In this document: positions 26,970 through 36,240 of the stretch, piece by piece
How the letters are laid out: the number at the start of each line of letters is the position of its first letter
How positions within the stretch are numbered: the stretch's first letter is position 1
From: an uncultured Candidatus Saccharibacteria bacterium
Lineage (GTDB): Bacteria > Patescibacteriota > Minisyncoccia > UBA6257 > JAUSGH01
Assembly (NCBI GenBank): GCA_964372325.1
Contig: CAYJQG010000001.1
Location: forward strand, 120 to 64,119
Reading direction: 5' to 3'
Length of the DNA stretch: 64,000 nucleotides
Translations under genes and position numbers: made by a program
The notes under the pieces: generated by a model
What the model was told of the DNA's origin: nothing
Database searches by the model: none
What the model saw: only the letters and a program-made list of their open reading frames with translations

Positions 26970-27905
26970 GTGACCACAGAAAAGGGGGGAAAAGAAGAAA
27001 TGAAGCTGACCATCGTAAGCGCCCATAAGAATTCGTTTGGCCGTAATATGCAGCAGTTTGGAATTAGTGGAATGCCGACAATCGGCGTGCGAAGGAACGA
27101 ACAGTTCGGTGTCGTATTCGAAAACACGACTCATCAGCCGGTACAGGTGAAGATTGCAATCGATGGTACCGACATTCTGACCGGCGCCCCGGCGACAACC
27201 GCTACAAATGGCAAGATGTGGTTCGTGAAGCCGTACGAAAAGCTTGTTCTTAAGGCGTGGCCTGAGGACCAGCACGGTGGCGCGCAGTTCGTGTTCACCG
27301 ATGTTGAGAACTCAGTTGCTGCTCATACGCATGGCAATATGGCCGCGCGTGGGTACATCTCCGCTGCGGTGTTCGTCGAAGGGGCACCTCCCCCAATTTC
27401 CCCGAGTTATATGCTCGATAGCCTGACTTTTAGAGGCAATACGCGCGGAGCTTCGAAGGGGATATCGGGTGATATGATGGGCCTTCCGGGCGTTGGTGCG
27501 GGTCAGCGGGTGAACCAGCGCATTGAAGAGGTCTCTGGGCTTCGTAGCCCGAGGTTCTCGGAGATCGTCCAGGTGAAGTACTGTTGGTGGAATGATTTGA
27601 GGAGTAATCCGGAGTTCATCGCGCTCGTTTCTGGCGCGACGTCGGTTGCGACTGCCGTTGTTGGCGAACAGATTTATGCGAACGGTCATCCGACCGGGTT
27701 CCTTGCGGGTAATAATTGGGCAGACCTTGGTACGACTCCGCGTTTGAATAAGGGTGGTCTGCCGACTACGGTGGTTGAGCGGAAAGAAAACTTCAAGGAA
27801 GACGGTTCGCGACGTAACCGGAAGCATAGTCATGTGCAGACCGGTATTTCAAACGATGCGCGCTTCGAAGACACGAACGTCCGCGACCTCGTTGAGACGC
27901 TGTAA
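26970..27905 (+). CDS. hypothetical protein in a GC-rich segment; start possibly ATG 27001
   Basis: 311-aa ORF. Codon usage is GC-richer than genome neighbours. Preceded by a ~240-nt structured GC-rich leader and followed by an intrinsic terminator. Confidence 0.5.
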   Translation: MTTEKGGKEEMKLTIVSAHKNSFGRNMQQFGISGMPTIGVRRNEQFGVVFENTTHQPVQVKIAIDGTDILTGAPATTATNGKMWFVKPYEKLVLKAWPEDQHGGAQFVFTDVENSVAAHTHGNMAARGYISAAVFVEGAPPPISPSYMLDSLTFRGNTRGASKGISGDMMGLPGVGAGQRVNQRIEEVSGLRSPRFSEIVQVKYCWWNDLRSNPEFIALVSGATSVATAVVGEQIYANGHPTGFLAGNNWADLGTTPRLNKGGLPTTVVERKENFKEDGSRRNRKHSHVQTGISNDARFEDTNVRDLVETL

Positions 27906-27936
27906 AAGTAAAAACAGAATTAAGCTCTAAAAGTGT

Positions 27937-27959
27937 CACCCGCCGATGGCGGGTTTTTT
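27937..27959 (+). terminator. intrinsic terminator
   Basis: cccgcc-gat-ggcggg-tttttt. Confidence 0.85.
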
Positions 27960-27960
27960 C

Positions 27961-28150
27961 TATAAAACAATAGACTCGGCTCTCCCGATAACATTTCGGC
28001 TCTGATGCCCATGAATTTCGGCTACGACTTCGTGAAAAAATCTCAACAGACTCTGTGAATAGCTTTCCGTTTTTTCACTTCGTCTCGCCTGCCTGCCGGT
28101 AGGCAGGCTCGAAATGAGCGCAAAAATCCCTCGAAAGCTTATCGGGAGCC
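27961..28150. mobile_element. family D MITE-like element, complete
   Basis: 19-bp TIR tagactcggctctcccgataa / ttatcgggagccgagtcta. Interior carries cctgcctgccggtaggcagg. Confidence 0.85.
28087..28106. repeat. GC palindrome copy
   Basis: cctgcctgccggtaggcagg inside a family D element. Confidence 0.75.
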
Positions 28151-28183
28151 GAGTCTAATACAGCAAGATAACGATAAATAATC

Positions 28184-28206
28184 AAAACTCTCCTTTCGGA
28201 GAGTTT
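28184..28206. terminator. bidirectional hairpin terminator
   Basis: aaactctcc-tttc-ggagagtttt. Confidence 0.7.
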
Positions 28207-28341
28207 TGACCACAAATAGATGAGAGCCGATAGGCTCTGGCATTCCTCGAAGCGAACTCCAGGGAATACTCACACTTCAATCTGTTTGTAGTATAGCAGA
28301 CACCTCGCAGTAAAGTCAAATTTTTGTATGAGGCCCTATGC

Positions 28342-28397
28342 AATTTTTTAATAACTCGAATAACATACGATCGTATGTTATTCGAGTTATTAAAAAA
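28342..28397. repeat. 56-nt perfect palindrome centred on ACGATCGT
   Basis: attttttaataactcgaataacatacgatcgtatgttattcgagttattaaaaaat. All 28 mirror pairs verified by hand. Confidence 0.85.
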
Positions 28398-28417
28398 TCC
28401 CCCAATGGAGGACCAGT

Positions 28418-29428
28418 TTAAATCTCAAGAGATTCTTCTTCGGTTGCAGTACCGGGTTTAGTCTTAGATTTGTTCGTATCAGGCCTAGGGGAGTCCGCAA
28501 GAGATTCTTCAAGCTCCTTCAAAGTTTTCGTGATCGAACGCGCAACTTTCGTATCTGTGCCACTTTCTTTGAGGTGGCTGAGGGCATCGGCGAGTGTTAC
28601 CTTGCGTTCGGTAACGCCAATTGCGACTGCAACGAGTTCGGAAAGCGCTTCGGGATTTTCCAGGCGCAGTACGTGGCTAGAGCCAAGAAGTGCAGACCAG
28701 CGTTTCGTGATCTCCACAGTTCCCCAATATGAAGTTTGGTTGGGGATCACGAAGAAAATCTCGTATTTCTTCGAAGCTTCGGCAAGGATACCTTCAATGG
28801 AGATGTTTTTACGAAGATCGTCGCCAATAATTTTCTTTACCTGCGAAGCAACAACTTCCGCATAGGGCAATTCATCACCGACAATAAAGAGGTACCCCTT
28901 TTTCCCGCGTTTCTCAAAACAATCAATTGCGGTATGGCGTGCAGCGAAGTAAGGTACAAGTTCATACGACTCCTTCATTTGCCCACCGCCACCGGCCTCA
29001 AGGAAAAGACGACTCAAATCATTATCCATTTCAATGCCAGACTCAAATTGCCCAGTTTGGAGGGGCGCCTTGTCGCACCCAACGCTTGCATCGCCAACGG
29101 CGCCGAAGAGGATTTGTGGGTGTGGGACATAGCCTCGTTTAAGGAGAAGTCCCATTAACTTCGGAAGGTTACTTTGGAAAATTCGGGGAGTGTCCTTCAT
29201 GCTTCCGGTAACATCAATAACAAGCATAATTGCGAGCGATTCGGGGTGCGCGGCGCTATCGCGACTTTCTCGAGTGACATTCTTGGGGTTCATGTCGCGA
29301 TTGACTTTACGTTCATTGCTGGGTACAGACTGCATCGAGGCATCGTACGCGAATGCGTCTTTCTTAGTTTTCTTTCGAGCAGCTTTTTTATCAAAATAAG
29401 TTTTATCATCCCAAGAGCCGCCACCCAT
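28418..29428 (-). CDS. von Willebrand factor type A (VWA) domain protein
   Basis: 336 aa. MIDAS motif LVIDVTGSM (DxTxS) with downstream T and D residues. Lys-rich N-terminus. Confidence 0.7.
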   Translation of the reverse strand: MGGGSWDDKTYFDKKAARKKTKKDAFAYDASMQSVPSNERKVNRDMNPKNVTRESRDSAAHPESLAIMLVIDVTGSMKDTPRIFQSNLPKLMGLLLKRGYVPHPQILFGAVGDASVGCDKAPLQTGQFESGIEMDNDLSRLFLEAGGGGQMKESYELVPYFAARHTAIDCFEKRGKKGYLFIVGDELPYAEVVASQVKKIIGDDLRKNISIEGILAEASKKYEIFFVIPNQTSYWGTVEITKRWSALLGSSHVLRLENPEALSELVAVAIGVTERKVTLADALSHLKESGTDTKVARSITKTLKELEESLADSPRPDTNKSKTKPGTATEEESLEI

Positions 29429-29504
29429 GGTGTTTCTCCGTTTTCAAGGTGCCGGGACTAGACGGTATATCTAGCCCTTAATTAAAGTAAAGCAGGTGAA
29501 TAAC

Positions 29505-29525
29505 TTAGTGTCAAGGGGACACTAA
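29505..29525. promoter_or_regulatory. inverted-repeat operator candidate TTAGTGTC-AAGGGG-ACACTAA upstream of the VWA gene
   Basis: Same core motif TAGTGTCAAG-N3-ACACTA recurs at 32061-32080 upstream of the nadE fusion gene. Confidence 0.5.
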
Positions 29526-29572
29526 CAATGAAAAAAGTTCTAATAAAAATCAGAGCACATTGGCTCTGACAG

Positions 29573-32032
29573 TTATCGATAAAGTTTATTTGCTTCAATA
29601 TATTGTGCGACTTCCGTGGTGACAAGATCTGCGATCGATGTCCCTGCGGCAATATATTCTCGAATCAGCGTACTGCGACCGAAGGTAATGGGGAGGTCAA
29701 TGACGCGAGATTTTTTGGGGAGGTCGGCAAGCGCGATAGGCGAGCCAGTGGTATTCAACACTGCGAAGTTGAGGTTGTCCCAAACTTCTTTTCCGCGAAC
29801 CCAGGTTGTTTGGATTGGAGATTGTTGATCGCGGCCATTTGCGACAAGATCACCGCCAATCACAAACCAAAGTTCGGCAGTAGGGAATTGGGTGCTAGCG
29901 CGTTCGGCGAGTGTGATAGTCGGGGTAAATGTGTCTGCATCGAGGTCGGTAAAGTCAAGGGTAACGTTATTAATTTTAGCGAAAGCTTCTTTCGCCATAG
30001 CTTTTCGGTGCAGAAGAGAAACATTCGCGGTAGTTTTTTTATCATGACGCTCGCCACATGGCACCACAAGAACTTTCTCGAACGATTTGCTTAAACACTC
30101 GATGATTGCGCTATGGTGTAACCCCGGTGGGTTAAAACTTCCGCCATATACTGCGATGCGTGTACGCCCCATGAGTTGTGGGAGTACGCGGTCACGCAAA
30201 TATAAGTATTGTGCGGTGAAGTGGGGGGGCGCAAGTGTCTCTTCAAGGTCGCGGCCAAATGCGCGCCTTGAATAAATGGGAACCGGTGGGCATTGAATGC
30301 GCTTAAAGAATCCGCGATGGAAATTACGCACTTGGCGTTCAAGGTCCGTTACAAAATCAGCGGATGTAGGGAATAGGCGCTTTAAGGTTCCGGCATCAAG
30401 TTTGAGTTCTGCCTCGAGTGTGCCTTTAATATAGAGCTCAAGAAACCACTCTGCATTCTTGCGAAAATCGGTAAACGCGCGGACCATTTCGTCGTGGTAG
30501 CCGCGTCGCAATGTGTCGCCATAGTCAAAGGGATCTTTTTGGTTTGCGGAAAGTTCTGCGGTGGGGATTTGGTTAATGCAGGCATCGGGTATAATAAGTC
30601 GGCCAAATTTTTTATTGAGGTATTCCGCGATTTGTCGCACTTCGCGTTTCACGAGGTCGCCTAATGGCGCAAAGTAACCAGCGACATCTCCATAAAGTGT
30701 GCCGTAGCCAAACGCCATTTCAACTTTATTGGTATTGCAGGTAAAAACTCCTCCAAGTTTTTGCGCTTCTGCTGCGAGAACTTCTTCTCGGGCACGTGCT
30801 TGGACATTTTCATAAGTGATCGTTCCAGGAACAATACTTCTCGTTGCGGCGATCGCGTTCACGATATTCTCGATGGGGGCAACTTCGTATGAGATACCGA
30901 GATTTTCCGCAATAGCGCGAGCATAGCCCTTAATAGTATCGCTATTTAAATCTTTGAAAGGCATATTGATTGCATGCACGCGCGCAGGGCCGAATACGTC
31001 AGTCATTAATGCTGCACTCACCGCTGAGTCAATGCCGCCACTAAGGCCAATAACAATCGGTGCTTTAAGTGGGGTAATCGATTTCGTCGCAGCGACCATC
31101 GCGCCATAAAGTTCTTCGGTATCGTTAGGGACTTGGTCGGGGACACGAGCCATGGTTGGCGTAAACGTAAAGTCGCGAGTCTCGGCAACGTAAGGTGAAA
31201 TTTCAAACACTACTTCGCCGTTGCGGTTATACACCGTCGAGCAGCCATCGAACACAATAACGTTTTTTCCTGTTTGCTGGGCGCCGGTGTTATTGACGTA
31301 GATAAACGGAACCGGAGATTCTTTAAGTAGTCGTTCAACAATCATGTGGCGCTTGCGTGTTTTCTGCCACGTCCATGGTGAGGCTGAGAGATTCACAATA
31401 AGCTCAGCGCCCTTAGCGACCAATATTTTTGTGGGGTTTAAGGCGTAGTCCGCATGCCACATATCTTCGCAGAGAATAACACCGAGTCGAATGGTACCGA
31501 GCGGAGTTTGTAGTGGAATGATCGGCAACAAATTACGTAAATGTACATCGCGTTCTTCAGCAAGAGCGCGCATCGAAAAAAAATGTTTTGCGTCATTAAA
31601 GAATCGGTAATTCGGTTGCAGCGACTTAATAGTCCCACCAAAGAATGGTCCTAACGTTTTACCGTCGCGTGCAACGATTGCTCCGTTATGTTTGCGCACT
31701 CTACCATCTTCACCTTTGGCGTTTTGATCTACAGTAACAGTCCCAAAAATCGCGGTAATGGGGAGCCCACGAGTCGATTCGACAATTTTACGATTCAAGC
31801 GAGAAACATCTTCGATAAAGTAAGGATCTTCGAAACGATCGGCAATAATGTACCCCGTAGTTGCAAGTTCGGGGAATATGACAAGGTGCGATCCGCGAGC
31901 TGACGCATATTGGATTTCTTCAATAATATAATTGGCATTGCGATCGGGTCGGCCAGGCTCTACGGGCATTTGAGCCAACGAAACCTTAAGGTCGTTCATC
32001 GATTGCCCTCCATATGCATCGGCTGTAATCAT
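29573..32032 (-). CDS. nadE: tri-domain NAD biosynthesis fusion: nitrilase-type glutaminase, NAD+ synthetase (NadE) and C-terminal nicotinate-nucleotide adenylyltransferase (NadD)
   Basis: 819 aa. N-terminal CN-hydrolase domain (FPELATTGY, catalytic Cys in GVILCEDMWH). Central PP-loop SGGIDSAVSAAL of NadE. C-terminal ~215 aa with RIAVYGGSFNPPGLHH, a (H/T)xGH-type nucleotidyltransferase motif of NadD/NMNAT. Confidence 0.85.
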   Translation of the reverse strand: MITADAYGGQSMNDLKVSLAQMPVEPGRPDRNANYIIEEIQYASARGSHLVIFPELATTGYIIADRFEDPYFIEDVSRLNRKIVESTRGLPITAIFGTVTVDQNAKGEDGRVRKHNGAIVARDGKTLGPFFGGTIKSLQPNYRFFNDAKHFFSMRALAEERDVHLRNLLPIIPLQTPLGTIRLGVILCEDMWHADYALNPTKILVAKGAELIVNLSASPWTWQKTRKRHMIVERLLKESPVPFIYVNNTGAQQTGKNVIVFDGCSTVYNRNGEVVFEISPYVAETRDFTFTPTMARVPDQVPNDTEELYGAMVAATKSITPLKAPIVIGLSGGIDSAVSAALMTDVFGPARVHAINMPFKDLNSDTIKGYARAIAENLGISYEVAPIENIVNAIAATRSIVPGTITYENVQARAREEVLAAEAQKLGGVFTCNTNKVEMAFGYGTLYGDVAGYFAPLGDLVKREVRQIAEYLNKKFGRLIIPDACINQIPTAELSANQKDPFDYGDTLRRGYHDEMVRAFTDFRKNAEWFLELYIKGTLEAELKLDAGTLKRLFPTSADFVTDLERQVRNFHRGFFKRIQCPPVPIYSRRAFGRDLEETLAPPHFTAQYLYLRDRVLPQLMGRTRIAVYGGSFNPPGLHHSAIIECLSKSFEKVLVVPCGERHDKKTTANVSLLHRKAMAKEAFAKINNVTLDFTDLDADTFTPTITLAERASTQFPTAELWFVIGGDLVANGRDQQSPIQTTWVRGKEVWDNLNFAVLNTTGSPIALADLPKKSRVIDLPITFGRSTLIREYIAAGTSIADLVTTEVAQYIEANKLYR

Positions 32033-32060
32033 ACACTAAGTATAGCCGTTAAGCAATATA

Positions 32061-32080
32061 TAGTGTCAAGAGTACACTAA
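32061..32080. promoter_or_regulatory. inverted-repeat operator candidate TAGTGTCAAGAGTACACTAA upstream of the nadE-nadD fusion gene
   Basis: 17 of 20 nt identical to the 29505-29525 site. Lies in the divergent nadE / rpsF intergenic region. Confidence 0.5.
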
Positions 32081-32165
32081 TATACCATTGCGTGGTTTAA
32101 GGCGACATGAGGCGACACGAGGCAAACTGAACTTAACAAGGCAAAACGAGGAAAACTTTACAACT

Positions 32166-32207
32166 AAAATCTCGCCTTAGTTACGATCGTAACTAAGGCG
32201 AGATTTT
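32166..32207. repeat. 42-nt perfect palindrome centred on ACGATCGT
   Basis: aaaatctcgccttagttacgatcgtaactaaggcgagatttt, in the divergent nadE / rpsF promoter region. Confidence 0.85.
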
Positions 32208-32324
32208 GATAAAATGTTTCCTAAAGTGTTTATGTCTCATGGATATAAATCATTTATAGATAATCATTACGTAAGATTTGACTATCCATTGACTCTCTAA
32301 AGTAGTTCTGCTAAAGTACTTTCA

Positions 32325-32804
32325 ATGTCTGAAGAGCAAGTTTTAGAAGATAAAAAATCATACGAAGTGAGTTTTTTGGTGACTGAGGAAACTGTAGTTG
32401 CAGATATTGAAGCCGTGTTTATTGCAAACGGGTTTACGGTATCACATAAAGGACAGTTGCAAAACTTAAAGCTTGCGTACCCAATCCAAAAGCACGTGAG
32501 TGCATTTTTTGGGTTTTACCACTTACTTGGTGGTTCCCAAGATATTTTAAAAGTAAAAGAAGCGTTGGCGTTGAATAAAAAAATCCTTCGCACCTTAGTG
32601 CTTTCGTCCGCAATCCCAATGGTGGTGCGCGAAAGCAGGGTTGAGCAACGTGTCAAGCGTACCCGCGGAGGAGACATGCAAGAAAAAATCGAAAACGTTG
32701 TGCCAATGTCCATGCCCAAACCAGAAGAGCAGCGCAGGCCAATGGAACCAACGGTCTTAAGCAACGAAGGATTAGAAAAGAAGTTAGAGGAAATATTAAA
32801 ATAA
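32325..32804 (+). CDS. rpsF: 30S ribosomal protein S6 with acidic/basic C-terminal extension
   Basis: YEVSFLVTEE...GQLQNLKLAYPIQKHVSAFFGFYHL matches bS6. Heads the rpsF-ssb-rpsR cluster. Confidence 0.8.
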   Translation: MSEEQVLEDKKSYEVSFLVTEETVVADIEAVFIANGFTVSHKGQLQNLKLAYPIQKHVSAFFGFYHLLGGSQDILKVKEALALNKKILRTLVLSSAIPMVVRESRVEQRVKRTRGGDMQEKIENVVPMSMPKPEEQRRPMEPTVLSNEGLEKKLEEILK

Positions 32805-32865
32805 TAATTTTTTTCAAAACGCAATCATAAGATGATCGCGCGGAGCCCCGATGAACCTGCCTGCC

Positions 32866-32885
32866 GGCAGGCAGGGGGGCGACAA
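32866..32885. repeat. GC palindrome copy between rpsF and ssb
   Basis: cctgcctgccggcaggcagg. Confidence 0.8.
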
Positions 32886-32913
32886 AGCGAGCGCTTATGA
32901 GTGAGTTTTGTAG

Positions 32914-33423
<510 letters not shown>

Positions 33424-33430
33424 ATGAATT

Positions 33431-33631
33431 ATGACACACTGTTTCTTTTGTTCACAAAATATCGCCGAACTCGATTATAAAGATGTCTCTATGCTTCGAC
33501 GTCTTGTTTCTGGCCAGGCAAAAATTATTAAGACCAGGTACACTGGCGTGTGCGCTAAGCACCAACGCAAAGTTTCGAACGCTATTAAGAGGGCGAGGTT
33601 TATGGCGCTTCTTCCTTTTGTGAGGCGCTAG
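33431..33631 (+). CDS. rpsR: 30S ribosomal protein S18
   Basis: 66 aa. DYKDVSMLRRLVSGQAKIIKTRYTGVCAKHQRKVSNAIKRARFMALLPF matches bS18. Confidence 0.9.
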   Translation: MTHCFFCSQNIAELDYKDVSMLRRLVSGQAKIIKTRYTGVCAKHQRKVSNAIKRARFMALLPFVRR

Positions 33632-33668
33632 GGCGAATCAAAATCCTGGCCGATTTTTTTGTCGTCTT

Positions 33669-33720
33669 TCGTCGGAGTACCACTAAGGGTACACCTCCTC
33701 AAGACTCCTCAAAATCGGCT
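33669..33720 (+). repeat. conserved hairpin motif, copy 3
   Basis: tttcgtcggagtaccactaagggtacacctcctcaagactcctcaaaatcgg. Downstream of rpsR. Confidence 0.55.
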
Positions 33721-33752
33721 CATGCTTTTGATTCGCATGATTGGCTTAGTAT

Positions 33753-34286
33753 ATGGTATTTGATACGAAATTATTTCAAGTAATCAACGGCTTCGCTGGC
33801 TATTCGAAATTCCTCGACATTGTCGGAGTTTTTTTTGCGAGCTATATTCCATACCTTCTCGTTTTCGGAACACTGTTGATTATTTTTTGGACGGATAAGC
33901 ACTGGAAACAGCGCGCATACGATTTTTTTCTTGTAACATTTTCGGCACTTATTGCGCGCGGTATTTTGACCCCAATTATTCGGTTTATATACGTGCGACC
34001 GCGCCCGTTTCTTGCATTTCCCGATATCACTGTGCTGATTCCAAAAACCGTCGAGGCATCGTTCCCGTCGGGGCATGCAACATTTTTTTTCGCACTCGCT
34101 ATTGCCTTGTATTTCACGCACCGTAGGTGGTCGTACTATTGTTTGGCGGGCGCAATACTCATGAGCGCAGCGCGCATATTCGTCGGCGTACATTACCCGC
34201 TCGATATTTTAGGTGGAGCGCTTGTTGGTGGGGTCAGTGTATGGATCGCGAGATATATATTACCCTCGAGGACGAAAAATAAATAA
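33753..34286 (+). CDS. PAP2-family phosphatase (undecaprenyl-diphosphatase or PgpB-like)
   Basis: 177 aa membrane protein. PAP2 motifs KxxxxxxRP (RFIYVRPRP), PSGH, SRxxxxxHxxxD (SAARIFVGVHYPLD). Confidence 0.8.
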   Translation: MVFDTKLFQVINGFAGYSKFLDIVGVFFASYIPYLLVFGTLLIIFWTDKHWKQRAYDFFLVTFSALIARGILTPIIRFIYVRPRPFLAFPDITVLIPKTVEASFPSGHATFFFALAIALYFTHRRWSYYCLAGAILMSAARIFVGVHYPLDILGGALVGGVSVWIARYILPSRTKNK

Positions 34287-34347
34287 ACGCGATTGCCGAT
34301 TTTCCCCGTAGTTTATGGATATGCGATCTAGCTCGCAATAGTCCTCG

Positions 34348-34503
34348 TCCCTTCTATGAAGAGGATATTATTTCGAGAAACATCTCGGAGGTCCCGCTAT
34401 GTCATCTATCTAATACTATAATAAGGGCGGGGCCGAGAGAGAAGAAGATTTTGTCGAAACAAAATCATTCTGTTTTTGAGGAATAATATCCTCTTCATAG
34501 AAG
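34348..34503. mobile_element. family F palindromic element, inverted orientation
   Basis: Core in reverse orientation (gggcggggccgagagagaagaagattttgtcgaaacaaaatcattctgtttttgagg). Outer arms ccttctatgaagaggatattatt / aataatatcctcttcatagaagg. Upstream of dusB. Confidence 0.75.
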
Positions 34504-34527
34504 GTTCTGAGAAGTTGATAGATTCTT

Positions 34528-35499
34528 ATGGAACAGAATTTTTGGGAAAAGCTAAAGAAGCCTATCATGGTTATAGCGCCAATGGCGAATGTGACCGATG
34601 CGGCATTTCGGCAAATGTTTGTAAGTTGTGGTAGGCCAGATGTTTTTTGGACTGAATTTGTGTCGGTTGAAGGACTGCTGTCTCCCGGGAAAAAACAATT
34701 ACTCGTAGATTTTTTATACACCGAAGCCGAGCACCCGATTGTTGCACAAATTTTTGGGGTCAAGCCCGCGCAATTTGAAGCTGTTGCGGCAATGATCCGC
34801 GAATTGGGTTTTGACGGAATCGATATTAATATGGGCTGCCCAGATAAGGCAGTGCTTCGCCAGGGTGCGGGCGGGGCACTCATAAAAAATCCTGGACTTG
34901 CACGAGAAATTATTCGGGCGACCAAGCGTGGTGCAGGGGGGTTGCCAGTGTCGGTGAAGACGCGAATTGGTGAGCGTAATAATGAAATTGCTGAGTGGAT
35001 TCCTGTATTGTTGGAGGAAGGTATAGCAGCGCTCACCATTCACCTTCGTACGTGTAAAGAGATGTCCGATGTTGCTGCGCATTGGGAAAACGCTCCGTCG
35101 ATTGTGAAACTTCGAGATCGCTATGCAAAGCCTACGTTACTCTTGGGGAATGGAGACATTCGCACCCTCGAGGAAGCGAAAATGAAAATAAAAGAAAGTG
35201 GGATGGACGGTGCAATGGTGGGAAGGGGTATTTTCGGGAACCCATGGTTTTTTTCTGGGCACAGCCCAACTATTGTCGAACGACTCATGTGCGCGGTGCG
35301 ACACGCTGAACTGTTTCAAAAAATATACAAAAGCGATTGCGATAAACGGAGTGGTGGGTTAAAAGATTTTCATATAATGAAAAAACATTTTAAAGCATAT
35401 GTTGCGGGGTTTGATGGCGCAAGTGAGTTACGTGCTTTGCTCATGAAGGCCAACAATGCAACGGCGGTGAGGGCGATAATAGAGCAATATTTGACGTGA
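34528..35499 (+). CDS. dusB: tRNA-dihydrouridine synthase
   Basis: 323 aa. APMANVTDAAFR, IDINMGCP, VKTRIG FMN-binding TIM-barrel motifs. Confidence 0.9.
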   Translation: MEQNFWEKLKKPIMVIAPMANVTDAAFRQMFVSCGRPDVFWTEFVSVEGLLSPGKKQLLVDFLYTEAEHPIVAQIFGVKPAQFEAVAAMIRELGFDGIDINMGCPDKAVLRQGAGGALIKNPGLAREIIRATKRGAGGLPVSVKTRIGERNNEIAEWIPVLLEEGIAALTIHLRTCKEMSDVAAHWENAPSIVKLRDRYAKPTLLLGNGDIRTLEEAKMKIKESGMDGAMVGRGIFGNPWFFSGHSPTIVERLMCAVRHAELFQKIYKSDCDKRSGGLKDFHIMKKHFKAYVAGFDGASELRALLMKANNATAVRAIIEQYLT

Positions 35500-35527
35500 G
35501 GTTGCCCAATCGTGTACGATAGTCATT

Positions 35528-35749
35528 ATGAGAAAATGTGAAGTGTGTCAAAAGGGTTCGCTAATGGCAGGGACGCGACTGTTGCTCCGTGGCCATTACA
35601 ACCCAACAAATTGGACAAGGAAGTACCCCAATCTCCAACGAACGCGCGACCCTAAGGGCGTGCGCGTATTAGCCTGCACACAATGTATGCGAACATGGAA
35701 TCGTAAGCCACGCGTGAGAAAGCGAGTAGGGCTAAGTACAGAAAAATAA
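35528..35749 (+). CDS. rpmB: 50S ribosomal protein L28 (Cys4 zinc-ribbon variant)
   Basis: 73 aa. CEVCQKGSLMAG...NPTNWTRKYPNLQ...CTQC matches bL28. Confidence 0.75.
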   Translation: MRKCEVCQKGSLMAGTRLLLRGHYNPTNWTRKYPNLQRTRDPKGVRVLACTQCMRTWNRKPRVRKRVGLSTEK

Positions 35750-35761
35750 AAGCCGATTATT

Positions 35762-35791
35762 TTGACAAGAAGCGAACTGGTATGCTATAAT
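35762..35791 (+). promoter_or_regulatory. consensus sigma70 promoter (TTGACA-18-TGcTATAAT)
   Basis: tTTGACAagaagcgaactggtatgcTATAATg. Drives the candidate sRNA and possibly the tRNA-Pro region. Confidence 0.6.
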
Positions 35792-35798
35792 GATTTAT

Positions 35799-35878
35799 AG
35801 GTGATGGCCACAATTATGGGTCAAAGTCGCTTGTCAATAAAAACAGTCCTTGTTTAAAGGATTGTTTTTGTTTTATGA
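35799..35878 (+). ncRNA. candidate small RNA (~80 nt): consensus sigma70 promoter upstream, intrinsic terminator at 3' end
   Basis: TTGACA (35762-35767), 18-nt spacer, TGcTATAAT (35783-35791). About 80 nt downstream is a 12-bp stem hairpin (aaaacagtcctt / aaggattgtttt) followed by a T-run. Contains only a 17-codon ORF. Confidence 0.3.
35838..35878 (+). terminator. intrinsic terminator, 3' end of candidate sRNA and rpmB region
   Basis: aaaacagtcctt-gtttaa-aggattgtttt + tgtttta. 12-bp stem with one G-U pair. Confidence 0.7.
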
Positions 35879-35969
35879 TAACCATGCGTGGATTTGGGCC
35901 TGTAGTTTATGTGGTAAAACATCGCCCTTGACAAGCGACAAAGCGGGTTCAAGCCCCGCCGGGTCCTAG

Positions 35970-36237
35970 ACCCTATCTGAAGAATATACCGAATCGCGTT
36001 GCGAGAAATTTTTAAATATCGTAAGGCGCGAGAAGCGCAGTGTGCCAATAGGCACATGAGCGACGAGCAACGAAACGATTTTTAAAAATTACCGCAACCC
36101 TTCGGGATACGGCCAATTTCTTAAATTACTGCGTCGCTCGTCCTCGAAGTATCTACTGATACGTCCTCGTTCTCGACTTCTTGTACTTTAAAAAATTGGC
36201 CAGTATCGCGATCGGTATATTCTTCAGATAGGGTCTG
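35970..36237. mobile_element. family H MITE-like element with perfect 24-bp TIRs, ending 3 bp before tRNA-Pro
   Basis: gaccctatctgaagaatataccga ... tcggtatattcttcagatagggtc. Confidence 0.8.
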
Positions 36238-36240
36238 CAT

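Noticed and set aside
35900-35968. Possible second tRNA upstream of MITE-H (T-arm gcggg-ttcaagc-cccgc plus acceptor-like 3' strand)
   Set aside because: Could not find a convincing 5' acceptor strand (it would need three consecutive G-U pairs), D-arm or anticodon arm. Kept only as a tRNA-like fragment in a finding.
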